DNA from: a virus
Lineage: Duplodnaviria > Heunggongvirae > Uroviricota > Caudoviricetes
DNA: 35,154 bases
Reading direction: 5' to 3' (one strand)
IMG/VR virus record: IMGVR_UViG_2913152634_000005
Shown here: piece by piece, positions 10,566 through 19,222 of the stretch
Numbering within the stretch: position 1 is the first letter of the stretch
Layout: every line of letters begins with the position of its first letter
Notes under the pieces: model-generated
Seen by the model: only the letters and a program-made list of their open reading frames with translations
The model's database searches: none
What the model was told of the DNA's origin: nothing
Position numbers and translations under genes: made by a program

Positions 10566-11329
10566 TACCTAATTTTTAACCTCAACTGATTAAATTTCGG
10601 TCAAACATCCGTTAGTGAAATACAAGTTGCTATGTAAATACACACCTGCAACTTGTATTACCAACCAAGTTTAGCTCCCGATATTACTCATTTCCATTAT
10701 TTTTCCTTGGCTAGCGCTTCGTCGAACATTTTTACGTGTTATCTTCAAGGTAGATGCTCGCAGAAATGATAGTACCACCGATTCGGCGTTGACCATAAGC
10801 CAGCAGAACAAGATCCCCTTGGCCGGTTGTATTCGTTACACCACCAAATGCATAGAATGCCTTGTTATCAGTATCTTGCTTACTCGGCTACCCACAAGAT
10901 TGTGGGGATAGCATTTGAGCAACGTAGCCTATCGTCACAGAAGCCCCTACTACAAACATCATATTACTGGACGCTATACGCGCTCCTGACATTCAGATAG
11001 ACACAGCAACGCAAATCATTTGCAGCAGACCAGAGCTTTTACTTTCCACAATAACTGGCACAAATACGAATTTCCCGACCCTCAGTAGAGAGCACAAGCG
11101 CATCTTTTCCAATATTCTGTTTCCTATGAAAAATACAGAATGTCAGCTCGCGAAATTTACTAGTATTCAGATACTTTTCTAATCGAACCTCTCAGTTTAA
11201 TCGTCATCATTACCTTATAGCTCTGCATTTCGAGTTCCTACAGTAGAGTAAGTGTTCAGTAACCCAAGTTCAGGAGAAAGGAAACGATCATGCCATTTTC
11301 AGTCCCAAATAATGCTTTCCATTTCCTTT

Positions 11330-11480
11330 CTTTTCAGGTGGTGTTTTAAATAAAAACATAAAGTTACGGCGAAGAAGAACGGAAACGCCTTAAACCGGAA
11401 AATTTCCATAAATAGAGAAAAACTGCGCGCCTTCCGCCCCGTAACGCTCCGGATCACCGGAAAGGACCCGCTCAAAAAAA
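11330..11480. other. cos-like DNA packaging site of the integrated element (cosB/cosQ conserved, cosN divergent)
   Basis: About 150 bp with roughly 85-90% identity to the prophage cos region at 27122-27270; cosN position reads GGGCGGAAGGCG versus GGGCGGCGACCT. Confidence 0.7.
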
Positions 11481-11513
11481 GCGGCCACTGACGTGATTGT
11501 TTATGTTCCATGA

Positions 11514-11545
11514 GCGACAAAACCGCCCGGAGGCGGTTTCACATA
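11514..11545 (-). terminator. rho-independent terminator after the gpI-like gene
   Basis: minus-strand CCGCC-tccg-GGCGG stem followed by TTTTG. Confidence 0.5.
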
Positions 11546-11557
11546 AAACATTCTGCA

Positions 11558-12205
11558 TCAGCGACCAATCACCACGATTTCACCACCATCACCTTCATCA
11601 GCTGTGCTGATCTCCTGAGATACCACACGTGACCCCACGCGCATTTCACCGTACAGAACAGGCAGGACATTGCCCTGGGCAACCATGTTATCCAGTGACG
11701 AGAAATACGTGTTCTGCTTACCGTTATCCGTTGTCTGTGTACGGGGAGTTCTGGCTTTCGGTGCCAGCATCTGAGCCACACCGCCAAGGATCATACTGGC
11801 CCCCGCACTATACATTCCTGTAATTGCTGCCGCTCCTAGCCAACCAGCGGGGTTCCACCACGCCACCGCAATCAGCGCCGCCCCCAGCACGGTCTGAAAC
11901 ACACCGCCACTTTTAGCGCCAGCAAGACGCGGTACGATGTGGATCACAGCACCATTCGCCAGCGGCTCATTAAGACGGGCTGATAATTCATTTTCGCCTG
12001 CATCCCGCCCGGCAATCCGTACCTGATACCAACCGTCGCTCAGTTTCTGACGAAACGACGGTAGCTGTGTGGACAGAGCTCGGATGGCTTCAGCCCCCGT
12101 TTTTACACGAAGGTCGATGCGGCGGCCGAATCGTTGCAAATCCCCGTAAAGGCAGATTCGTGCCATGCCCGATGACGCCAGAGGGAGTGTGTGCGTAGTT
12201 GCCAT
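11558..12205 (-). CDS. I: lambda gpI-like tail assembly protein
   Basis: 215 aa; MATTHTLPLASSGMARICLYGDLQRFGRRIDLRVKTG...NTYFSSLDNMVAQGNVLPVLYGEMRVGSRVVSQEISTADEGDGG closely matches lambda gpI as remembered. Confidence 0.8.
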   Translation of the reverse strand: MATTHTLPLASSGMARICLYGDLQRFGRRIDLRVKTGAEAIRALSTQLPSFRQKLSDGWYQVRIAGRDAGENELSARLNEPLANGAVIHIVPRLAGAKSGGVFQTVLGAALIAVAWWNPAGWLGAAAITGMYSAGASMILGGVAQMLAPKARTPRTQTTDNGKQNTYFSSLDNMVAQGNVLPVLYGEMRVGSRVVSQEISTADEGDGGEIVVIGR

Positions 12206-12245
12206 TTGTCGGTATACCTCTCTCGTTTGCTCTGTTGTTCAGAAA

Positions 12246-12629
12246 TTAGCAGATCAACTTATAGCGTCCCTTCCGAGCATTGCGGCGTACACGTTCAATC
12301 TTGAGGCATAGCGCCGCATCTGGCTTTTTTGGGACTGGTACACGGCAATATTCAGAAGCGCGAGGAATATTATTTATCCAGTCAATCACTTCGCTTAAAT
12401 ACCAGGCCTTACGCCCTTCCGTAACCTGCACACGCTCCGGGAACTCTCCACGGGCCTCAAGGTTTAGCAGTGTACGACGACTCAGGGTTGTAAGTTCCAT
12501 CACCTGATTCATATCAACAAGACGCTCGCTTAAACGCATTTTGTCAGCGATAGCTTTTAATTCCTCTACAGCTGGATTTGGGTACATAATTTCGGCAATT
12601 GGCTTAAGGTCATTGTAATGATTCTGCAT
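12246..12629 (-). CDS. AlpA/MerR-like winged-HTH DNA-binding protein (function uncertain; candidate packaging-specificity factor)
   Basis: 127 aa; HTH segment MELTTLSRRTLLNLEARGEFPERVQVTEGRKAWYLSEVIDWI; strong RBS aaggggga. Confidence 0.55.
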   Translation of the reverse strand: MQNHYNDLKPIAEIMYPNPAVEELKAIADKMRLSERLVDMNQVMELTTLSRRTLLNLEARGEFPERVQVTEGRKAWYLSEVIDWINNIPRASEYCRVPVPKKPDAALCLKIERVRRNARKGRYKLIC

Positions 12630-12640
12630 TGTATCCCCCT

Positions 12641-12982
12641 TTACACACGAGCCAGCGGCTGAACAGAAATACCTGAGCCAACAAACGCTGCAACCTTTAC
12701 TGACAGTTCTTTTACAGACTCAGGCCAGTTCAGAGCATCAACATTTAAGACACCTGTCTTATAGACCTGAGCCTGTGTTTTTTTCGCGGTGTCGATTTGT
12801 ACAGCGGATACATAAACCGCTTTACCTACGCTCGTACCATCCCATACCACCAGTGCACCTGTTGCATCTTCCTGCATCAGTGGCGTAAATGCAGGAATTA
12901 CCCCTTTATTAGCTGAAAATATCCCCAGCGTAGTAACCAGTGCTTCAGTGCCAGCCATGAGTTCAGTGTAATGAGTAGCCAT
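12641..12982 (-). CDS. head decoration protein, distant lambda D homologue
   Basis: 113 aa; TPLM...LVVWDGTS.GKAV...Y.KTG...WPE...AF.GSGIS pattern parallels lambda gpD; translationally coupled to the capsid gene. Confidence 0.6.
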   Translation of the reverse strand: MATHYTELMAGTEALVTTLGIFSANKGVIPAFTPLMQEDATGALVVWDGTSVGKAVYVSAVQIDTAKKTQAQVYKTGVLNVDALNWPESVKELSVKVAAFVGSGISVQPLARV

Positions 12983-12991
12983 TGCTCCCCC

Positions 12992-14038
12992 TTAGCCAAT
13001 GCGAACGGTAACAAAACGATTGATGCGGGCCGGTATTGGCTGTGGTGCTGAATGTGTCTGCACATATTCAATAGCCGGATCACCAGGCACAATATAGTTT
13101 TTCGGTGCAAGTTCGGCTTTAGTCAGCCCCATTCGGATTAGCTCCGGATCCTGAATACCGCCATAGGCGACAATCCCCTGAAGAGCCGTATTGCCAAGCA
13201 CCATCAAATCAGGATCAAGGAAATGTTTTTCAGTTCCGTCCTCGTCGGTATAACGCCCGCTGTAAACAACAATCGCAACATCGCCCATATACCCTTTAAA
13301 ACTCACCGAATCACCAAGGTCTTTAAGGGCCGTTTCCAGTTCGGAATTAGAACCACGACGGGTATCCAGAGCCTCTTTTATCGCTCTGAATGAACGGTAT
13401 TTCTTCCATACATTACCGCCCATAATGATGATATTAGTGACGCCCTCACTAAATTCTGCGTAGTTCTCAATATCATCATTTGGATCAAAAGTTTCTTTAT
13501 CCTTACCTGACCACTCAGCACCGCCAGACTGAGTGATGATATTTTGTGGTTTAATATTCCAGTCCAGCTCATAACGTTCAATACCATCGCCCTCAATGAT
13601 ATTTTTCCCCGTTGTGATTGCCTGAACGGCAAGCCATTCAATACGTGCACGAATAGCTTTAGCTTGATTTACAATCGCCTGTTTAACTTTAATATTACGC
13701 GCCCCAAAAGCATTGTATTGCTCAGGTGATACACCAGCAGGGCGCACAGCTAACTTATTTGGATCAATGCTGCTTTTCGGCTTCATATAGCCTGGACGAA
13801 TTGTTTTTGATTCGTACCCTTCGTCACGTGAAACTTTACTACCCACCATAGGAGAACAAAACGCTGCAATTGGGATATTTGGATCGTCGATTGTATCAAG
13901 AATAATATCGCGCGATTCAAACATTACCGAGCGAGTAAAAAACAAACGGGTAAACAACGCATTTAGTTGTTTTTGTACATCTACAGCATTAACCACCTGT
14001 ACAAGCTGGGTAGGCGAATATAAATCAACCATACGCAT
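12992..14038 (-). CDS. major capsid protein, lambda E-like, encoded by the integrated element
   Basis: Conserved blocks ITQSGGAEWSGKDKETFDPNDDIE, DTRRGSNSELETALKDLG, YMGDVAIVVYSG, LGNT shared with lambda gpE at roughly half identity; start at ATG 14036-38 or 14030-32. Confidence 0.82.
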   Translation of the reverse strand: MRMVDLYSPTQLVQVVNAVDVQKQLNALFTRLFFTRSVMFESRDIILDTIDDPNIPIAAFCSPMVGSKVSRDEGYESKTIRPGYMKPKSSIDPNKLAVRPAGVSPEQYNAFGARNIKVKQAIVNQAKAIRARIEWLAVQAITTGKNIIEGDGIERYELDWNIKPQNIITQSGGAEWSGKDKETFDPNDDIENYAEFSEGVTNIIIMGGNVWKKYRSFRAIKEALDTRRGSNSELETALKDLGDSVSFKGYMGDVAIVVYSGRYTDEDGTEKHFLDPDLMVLGNTALQGIVAYGGIQDPELIRMGLTKAELAPKNYIVPGDPAIEYVQTHSAPQPIPARINRFVTVRIG

Positions 14039-14249
14039 CCTCTTTGCATTCATTAAAAATAATTGTGGATATATGCTATCACCGATATTTGTCATGCGAA
14101 TACATGCAACCGAGTGCAATGTTGTATAAAGTTTTGGGATGACAACTTCAGCGCGGATAATTAGTGTTAATATCTTCACTCCCTTTGGTCGGGATTTATG
14201 TAGCATGCCGGAAAATTTATTTTTTTCCGGCCTTTTTTATTGGCAATAT

Positions 14250-14699
14250 TTAAAACGGAATATCATCTCCCCATTGCTCATTATCTCCCACTGGTGGATG
14301 GCTTCCTTGCTGATCTGCCTGTTGTTTTGCTCTGTTCAGTGCGTCAGTAGCCTGCCCCTGTTGGCCTTTTTTGCCGCCCGGTCGCACCGTTCGCGCACTG
14401 ATTACGCTGTCTGCGATAACCTGCCAGCCCTGCCGCGTTTCACCGTTCTGTCCAGTCCACTGACTCACCTGCATGTTACCCGCCACGCTCAGGAGTTCGC
14501 CTTTGTGATGCTTTGCCAGCGCGTCGGCTTGTCTGCCAAACGCCAGAACAGATAACCACATCGTCGCCTGACCGTCATCCGATTGGCTGCAGGGCAGTGA
14601 TACCGCCATACGCGCCAGCGTCATGGGGGTGCCCTTGCTGGTCTGTTTTGTCTGCGGGGCGTCCACCAGCCGCCCGTAAGCTGCTATTTGCGCCGTCAT
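14250..14699 (-). CDS. ssb: single-stranded DNA-binding protein
   Basis: 149 aa; OB-fold SSB pattern, Gly/Gln-rich linker and C-terminal acidic tail DDIPF. Confidence 0.85.
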   Translation of the reverse strand: MTAQIAAYGRLVDAPQTKQTSKGTPMTLARMAVSLPCSQSDDGQATMWLSVLAFGRQADALAKHHKGELLSVAGNMQVSQWTGQNGETRQGWQVIADSVISARTVRPGGKKGQQGQATDALNRAKQQADQQGSHPPVGDNEQWGDDIPF

Positions 14700-14953
14700 G
14701 CTGCCTGCTCTCCGGACTTAATATTGATGGTTGTCACTTCCTCCGCTTCGGCAATCTCCCGTTCGGTCAGCGTGGCAAAGTTTGCAGCCGCCGTTGTCAT
14801 GAATGCGCTTATCAGTTCGGGATGTGCTTTCGCGTATCCTTCCCCGGCGTTGCGGTCTATTGCCTTAATCGCCACCCTTAGCCAGTGTTCAGCCATATCA
14901 AGGGCGCGGTAATGTGGCTTTATATGTTTGTTCAGTTTTCCTGATGTGTGCAT
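14696..14953 (-). CDS. hypothetical protein, translationally coupled to ssb
   Basis: 85-aa ORF; stop overlaps the ssb start. Confidence 0.4.
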   Translation of the reverse strand: MHTSGKLNKHIKPHYRALDMAEHWLRVAIKAIDRNAGEGYAKAHPELISAFMTTAAANFATLTEREIAEAEEVTTINIKSGEQAA

Positions 14954-14989
14954 TTTTATTTTTACCCCCTCGTTTAAAAAGTTTTTTGT

Positions 14990-15240
14990 GCACCACCACC
15001 TTGTCTACCTTGTCTACCTGATTAGTTATCAGGCCAGTAATGGCGCGGGTTTCAGGGAGGTAGACAGCCCCAAATAGCTGTCTACCTCATCTCTACCCGT
15101 CTCCTTACCTGTCTACAAAAATGGGTAGATAAGGTAGATAACAGGTAGACAGTGAAAAATAGTTATCTACCTGCATTAATACATTGAAATAAAAGTATTT
15201 TCTTTCAGTCAGGTAGACAAGGTAGATAACCATTGCCATT
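14990..15240. repeat. iteron array, putative replication origin of the element
   Basis: At least ten copies of GGTAGACA/GGTAGATA and their complements TGTCTACC in both orientations, directly downstream of the helicase gene. Confidence 0.7.
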
Positions 15241-15242
15241 TT

Positions 15243-16334
15243 TTATAAAAACGCATCGCAATCATCAGTAGTCGTTGCGTTGGTCTGCGTGACTCCCTTA
15301 ACTTTTCGCGTAATATATTCATATCCGTAAACTTTCGCCGCTGACCTCATAGCCTTTCCGAACTCATTCACGCTCAAACATTTCCCCTTTCCTGTGTATG
15401 CCATGAAGGCCATATAGACACGGTAAAGGCTGTTTCTGGTCGTGTACTTCACGGAGTCACCACCACCGCCCATCATTAGCCCACGAGCTTCCTCCAGAAA
15501 CTCAAGCGCCGCGCAAAGCTCAACAACTGGATCCGTTTGCTGCTTTATTGCCAGAGCTTCATCACCGTCACGCTGTTCCAGTAGTAAAGCCCTTGCCTTT
15601 TCAGGGTCAGCAAAGTTAGCCAGCAAGCGGCGGATAATTACGGGGATTTCTGCCGCTATCTTTTCCGGTAATTCCTTGTCTTTTTCGTCCTCCCTTACAA
15701 TGTTGTCGAACCGGAAAATCACCCGACGGCGTGACACACCTCCGGCCCGTTCGGTAAAGATCATCGGGTCGTTATTGGTTGCCAGTACCACCGCCCTTAT
15801 TATCGTCGTGAATCGCTTCTCATATTTCGGATTGATTTCAACGGGATCGCCTCCCGTGATTTTCTTGATGCCCGTGCCTTCCCCCGTATATTTCGGCTGA
15901 TCGGCAAGGACGATAAGACGACTCCCGACAACCTGCGCGCGCCCTCCTGCATCATCGAGTGATGTCATCTCTGCGCTTACGGTGTTCTGTTTGCCTGCAA
16001 GCAGGGTGGCAATATGGGTAAATGTACTCTTACCGCTTCCCCCGTCTCCGGTGGCCTCAATGAACATCTGCCAGTCGTAGCGGTTCGCCATAATCATGTA
16101 TAACGCGGCACATATACGCATCATCTTGCGCGGGTCTTTTCCTGCAGCATGTTCAAGCCATTTATGGAAATTTGGCGCATTATCGCGGATGTTTTCCCCT
16201 GCTACTGGTGGCGTGTACTCAATACCATTGTGCGTGGTGCTCCAGTGCTCCGGCGAGTGCGGAGAAAATTCCCCCGTTTTCAGATTAAGCACACCATTAG
16301 TGAACGGTAGCAAATCACCGGACGGCTCCCCCAT
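15243..16334 (-). CDS. replicative helicase domain protein (P4-alpha/D5-type, SF3)
   Basis: 363 aa; Walker A GDGGSGKST, Walker B LIVLADQP; FTNGVLNLKTGEF motif typical of the D5_N/primase linker. Confidence 0.8.
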   Translation of the reverse strand: MGEPSGDLLPFTNGVLNLKTGEFSPHSPEHWSTTHNGIEYTPPVAGENIRDNAPNFHKWLEHAAGKDPRKMMRICAALYMIMANRYDWQMFIEATGDGGSGKSTFTHIATLLAGKQNTVSAEMTSLDDAGGRAQVVGSRLIVLADQPKYTGEGTGIKKITGGDPVEINPKYEKRFTTIIRAVVLATNNDPMIFTERAGGVSRRRVIFRFDNIVREDEKDKELPEKIAAEIPVIIRRLLANFADPEKARALLLEQRDGDEALAIKQQTDPVVELCAALEFLEEARGLMMGGGGDSVKYTTRNSLYRVYMAFMAYTGKGKCLSVNEFGKAMRSAAKVYGYEYITRKVKGVTQTNATTTDDCDAFL

Positions 16335-16993
16335 GGGGCGGCAATAACTTTTAACGCTTCCACGGCGTTATTGATTACGCGTTTGCTGAACGTGGCCCTG
16401 TGCTCTGAATAGATCGCCACCATTTCGCGGCTCAGCTCCATTGTGCTGACCGGACACCATACCCCGCCGCGCCATACGTGGACGATTTCACTTTCTGCAT
16501 GAACACAAACACCATCAAAGCGATCGGCAAGTAGTTGTGCCCGCTCACTGTCTGCCATCTGTGAAAGTTGCGCCTTTTGCTTCGTCGGAAGATTAAGCAC
16601 CAGGCTTTCCCCACGCTCGCATTCCTCTTTGAGTCGCGGCAACTGGTCGGATAAATCCACAGGGCTGGTGTCAGTAATCCCCGCGTATTCGTGTACGGTC
16701 TTCACTCCAGCCACAGCCAGTAACGTAACAATCTGCGTCATGCTGTGCTCTGTGATATGTCCTGCGCGGTAAACACGCACACACTGACGATCTTCATCAA
16801 TGATCCGGTAATCGGTGATGTTTTTCAGTTGCTCATCAGCCAGCACGACAGGCGGCACATCGTCGGCGGCAATATGTTTACCCGCCCATTCCTGCCACTC
16901 TTTCGCATGGCTCCACGCATCACTACCTGCAAAGATGATTACCTCTGTCAGTCTGTCGCGTGGCTGTTTTTTTAAGTTCGGTGCCAGTTTCAT
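16280..16993 (-). CDS. primase-like replication protein, N-terminal module (overlaps the helicase ORF by 55 nt in another frame)
   Basis: 237-aa ORF upstream of the helicase; the overlap suggests one primase-helicase gene split by a frameshift. Confidence 0.5.
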   Translation of the reverse strand: MKLAPNLKKQPRDRLTEVIIFAGSDAWSHAKEWQEWAGKHIAADDVPPVVLADEQLKNITDYRIIDEDRQCVRVYRAGHITEHSMTQIVTLLAVAGVKTVHEYAGITDTSPVDLSDQLPRLKEECERGESLVLNLPTKQKAQLSQMADSERAQLLADRFDGVCVHAESEIVHVWRGGVWCPVSTMELSREMVAIYSEHRATFSKRVINNAVEALKVIAAPWGSRPVICYRSLMVCLI

Positions 16994-17289
16994 TTTTTGC
17001 CCCTGAATGCGTTAATCATGCTTTTCATTTTCTGGATGTTTCCCCGCGCTTTTTCCCTGCTGGTGGGCTTACTGCGGGGTGCGGCATATACCAGGGAAAA
17101 ATCACGCCGGAACTGATAAACAGGCATCACGCAGTCATAGCTATACCCCTCACGGCGGTAAGTGATGCGCCGTTCTGCCACGCCTTTAATCGTTACCGTG
17201 CCGCCGTATTTATCGCGGTAAATATCGCCGTTCATAAATTCAGGCCGAGCGGGGCCGCTGGCAATAAAGCCAGAATTTTTCATTTCCAT
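16990..17289 (-). CDS. hypothetical protein
   Basis: 99-aa ORF, stop overlaps the primase start (ATGA). Confidence 0.4.
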   Translation of the reverse strand: MEMKNSGFIASGPARPEFMNGDIYRDKYGGTVTIKGVAERRITYRREGYSYDCVMPVYQFRRDFSLVYAAPRSKPTSREKARGNIQKMKSMINAFRGKK

Positions 17290-17306
17290 ATTATTTATTC
17301 TTCGAC

Positions 17307-17528
17307 TTAACTCGACTTATTTGATAGCAGGGCACTATTTATTGCGTCATTGAGTTTTTCTGCTGCTTCATCAATAAGTGACAACAGGCCATAAGCAATA
17401 TTTGCATCTTCATTGTCATTTATGCAATCAAGCCACATATTTAATATTGCTTTTGCTGAATTATTTAAAGTTAATGAACTCTCTGCACATGCTAACAATT
17501 TAAAAAAGACTTCTCGTTCTGTATTCAT
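17307..17528 (-). CDS. hypothetical protein
   Basis: 73-aa ORF in a tightly packed leftward operon. Confidence 0.35.
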   Translation of the reverse strand: MNTEREVFFKLLACAESSLTLNNSAKAILNMWLDCINDNEDANIAYGLLSLIDEAAEKLNDAINSALLSNKSS

Positions 17529-17720
17529 TTAATCCCCCACCAGCTTACTTTCTTCCTCAATCAGGAAACTAGCGACACTTCCCGAAAGGCGCGCCAGTAG
17601 GCTCGCCAGCGCGGATATATCAGCATCTGTAATTTTGTTCGGGTATACCTCAAGAAGGCGGCAAATAATCTCTGTTTGGTGCGCACGTTCAGCGGCTTCG
17701 TGTAATGTGATTTCCTGCAT
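17529..17720 (-). CDS. hypothetical protein
   Basis: 63-aa ORF abutting its neighbours. Confidence 0.35.
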   Translation of the reverse strand: MQEITLHEAAERAHQTEIICRLLEVYPNKITDADISALASLLARLSGSVASFLIEEESKLVGD

Positions 17721-17905
17721 TAATGCACCTCTTTTAATTCATACACTGCTGAAATAATGACTTGTGATAAGCCATATTCTGATGATTCGCTTCTCACCGC
17801 AGCAATAGCCGTCTGAACATTAACAGCCTTCACGTTCTGAGCGATACCAATTGTGTGGCCTCGTGGGTTAACAGCTCGGGCAAATACACGGAAGGTTTTA
17901 AGCAC
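17720..17905 (-). CDS. hypothetical protein
   Basis: 61-aa ORF abutting its neighbours. Confidence 0.35.
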   Translation of the reverse strand: MLKTFRVFARAVNPRGHTIGIAQNVKAVNVQTAIAAVRSESSEYGLSQVIISAVYELKEVH

Positions 17906-18161
17906 GGCGCACCTCCTGACGAATACGGGCAGCGAATACCATCACGCAGCCAGTTGGGGATTGCTGGCGGGCTTCCTGTTCGCTGATGGCCTCGATGGTA
18001 ATCACGCGCGGTTGTGCCGTACTCAAGGCGATAAAACGCCAGATGTATTTATTCAGGTTGTGCGAGTTCCGCCCTTGCGGGTGTGTGGTATGATTTCTCA
18101 TAGCTACCTCGATACTGTTGCTATCGTTGGTGGTTAAACGCCCTGTATGTGTTGCGAGCAC
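17898..18161 (-). CDS. hypothetical protein, first gene of the leftward operon
   Basis: 87-aa ORF starting next to the divergent promoter region. Confidence 0.35.
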   Translation of the reverse strand: MLATHTGRLTTNDSNSIEVAMRNHTTHPQGRNSHNLNKYIWRFIALSTAQPRVITIEAISEQEARQQSPTGCVMVFAARIRQEVRRA

Positions 18162-18196
18162 TGCAGGGCGTTGTTCCAGAGCAATAAAACATGATA

Positions 18197-18240
18197 AGGT
18201 GTGTACCTATCAAGAAGCATACTAAGCAATAGGTACATAC
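18197..18240. promoter_or_regulatory. inverted-repeat operator in a divergent promoter region
   Basis: TGTACCTAT (18202-18210) and ATAGGTACA (18229-18237) form a 9-bp inverted repeat immediately upstream of the RHH gene. Confidence 0.45.
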
Positions 18241-18435
18241 ATGTCAACTATCATTCAGCGCGATAAACAGCCGAAAGGTGCTGGTAAGGCACCGGCATTT
18301 CAGATCCGTATCAACCCGGAACTAAAAGAACAAATGGTTAGTGCGGCTGCAAAAGAAGGAATGAGTTTGGCTAATTGGCTTAAAGAACTAGCAAGAGCAG
18401 AACTACGCAAACAAGGTATTGAACCTAGAGGTTAA
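18241..18435 (+). CDS. ribbon-helix-helix DNA-binding protein (repressor or antitoxin-like)
   Basis: 64 aa; beta-strand FQIRINPEL followed by two helices (KEQMVSAAAKEG / MSLANWLKELARAEL), typical of CopG/Arc RHH proteins. Confidence 0.55.
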   Translation: MSTIIQRDKQPKGAGKAPAFQIRINPELKEQMVSAAAKEGMSLANWLKELARAELRKQGIEPRG

Positions 18436-18459
18436 GACTTTTAAAAGGATCTGTGAGAG

Positions 18460-19185
18460 ATGCAAAATCTAAAACGAATAAGTGAATATAATTTAACAGA
18501 CAATCCTATCCCACATTATTTCCCTCATGATAGTAGATTCCTGTCTCTACTTGGGAAATTTTCGTTCCGACTTGAAGATCTAATAGTATTTCACTCATTT
18601 GTTTATCATACATATAACATAAATCTTAAGGAGATACAAAAAATTGCAGATAACACTCCCCAATATAATCCAGACTTATTAGACGATGAAGAGCATGAAA
18701 TGGCCTTGATTTCTCAAGCCAGACATAGAGAGAGGGTTGGTTATTATGATGATCTTAATAGAAAAGCCTCATTTTTTGCCAATGACAGTGTCGTAATTAA
18801 TCTTTGGGCTATTATTGAACAGTTTAGTACCATGGCATACTCTTTGCTAGAAGCAATTATTAAAGAAATACCTGAAAATCAAGTTAAAGTTCCATATACA
18901 TGGGATAAATTAAAAAAGAAATACTTAAGTTATGGTATTGACCTCTCCCAACTTGATTCTTACGATGTCATTAACGAAACTAGGGTTTTAAACAACAAAA
19001 TCAAACACCTTTATATTGTCGATGAAAACCTTGCCTCTTTTCCTTTTTTCAAGGACAAAGAGAACAAGTCATTATTAGGAATGGAATATAGGCTTCAAGA
19101 TTATGTTATTGGAACTCATAAGTTCATCGGGCATCTTTTAGAGGATTGCTCCATAAAATTAGGAAATAAGGCAAACATGATTTAA
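18460..19185 (+). CDS. hypothetical protein, AT-rich cargo gene (candidate toxin or defence effector)
   Basis: 241-aa ORF 24 nt after the RHH gene; no family recognised; visibly AT-rich. Confidence 0.5.
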   Translation: MQNLKRISEYNLTDNPIPHYFPHDSRFLSLLGKFSFRLEDLIVFHSFVYHTYNINLKEIQKIADNTPQYNPDLLDDEEHEMALISQARHRERVGYYDDLNRKASFFANDSVVINLWAIIEQFSTMAYSLLEAIIKEIPENQVKVPYTWDKLKKKYLSYGIDLSQLDSYDVINETRVLNNKIKHLYIVDENLASFPFFKDKENKSLLGMEYRLQDYVIGTHKFIGHLLEDCSIKLGNKANMI

Positions 19186-19189
19186 ATTA

Positions 19190-19222
19190 ATTAGGTAGGT
19201 AATAAACCTACCTAATTGAAAT
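19190..19222. terminator. bidirectional terminator hairpin between convergent genes
   Basis: Perfect palindrome TTAGGTAGGT-aataaa-CCTACCTAA. Confidence 0.55.

Noticed and set aside
11299-11520. 73-aa ORF on the minus strand
   Set aside because: It lies entirely within the conserved cos-like sequence and has a low-complexity translation; treated as non-coding.
14990-15240. Possible CRISPR array
   Set aside because: The repeats are 8-bp motifs in both orientations with irregular spacing, with no uniform repeat-spacer structure and no cas genes; they read as replication iterons.
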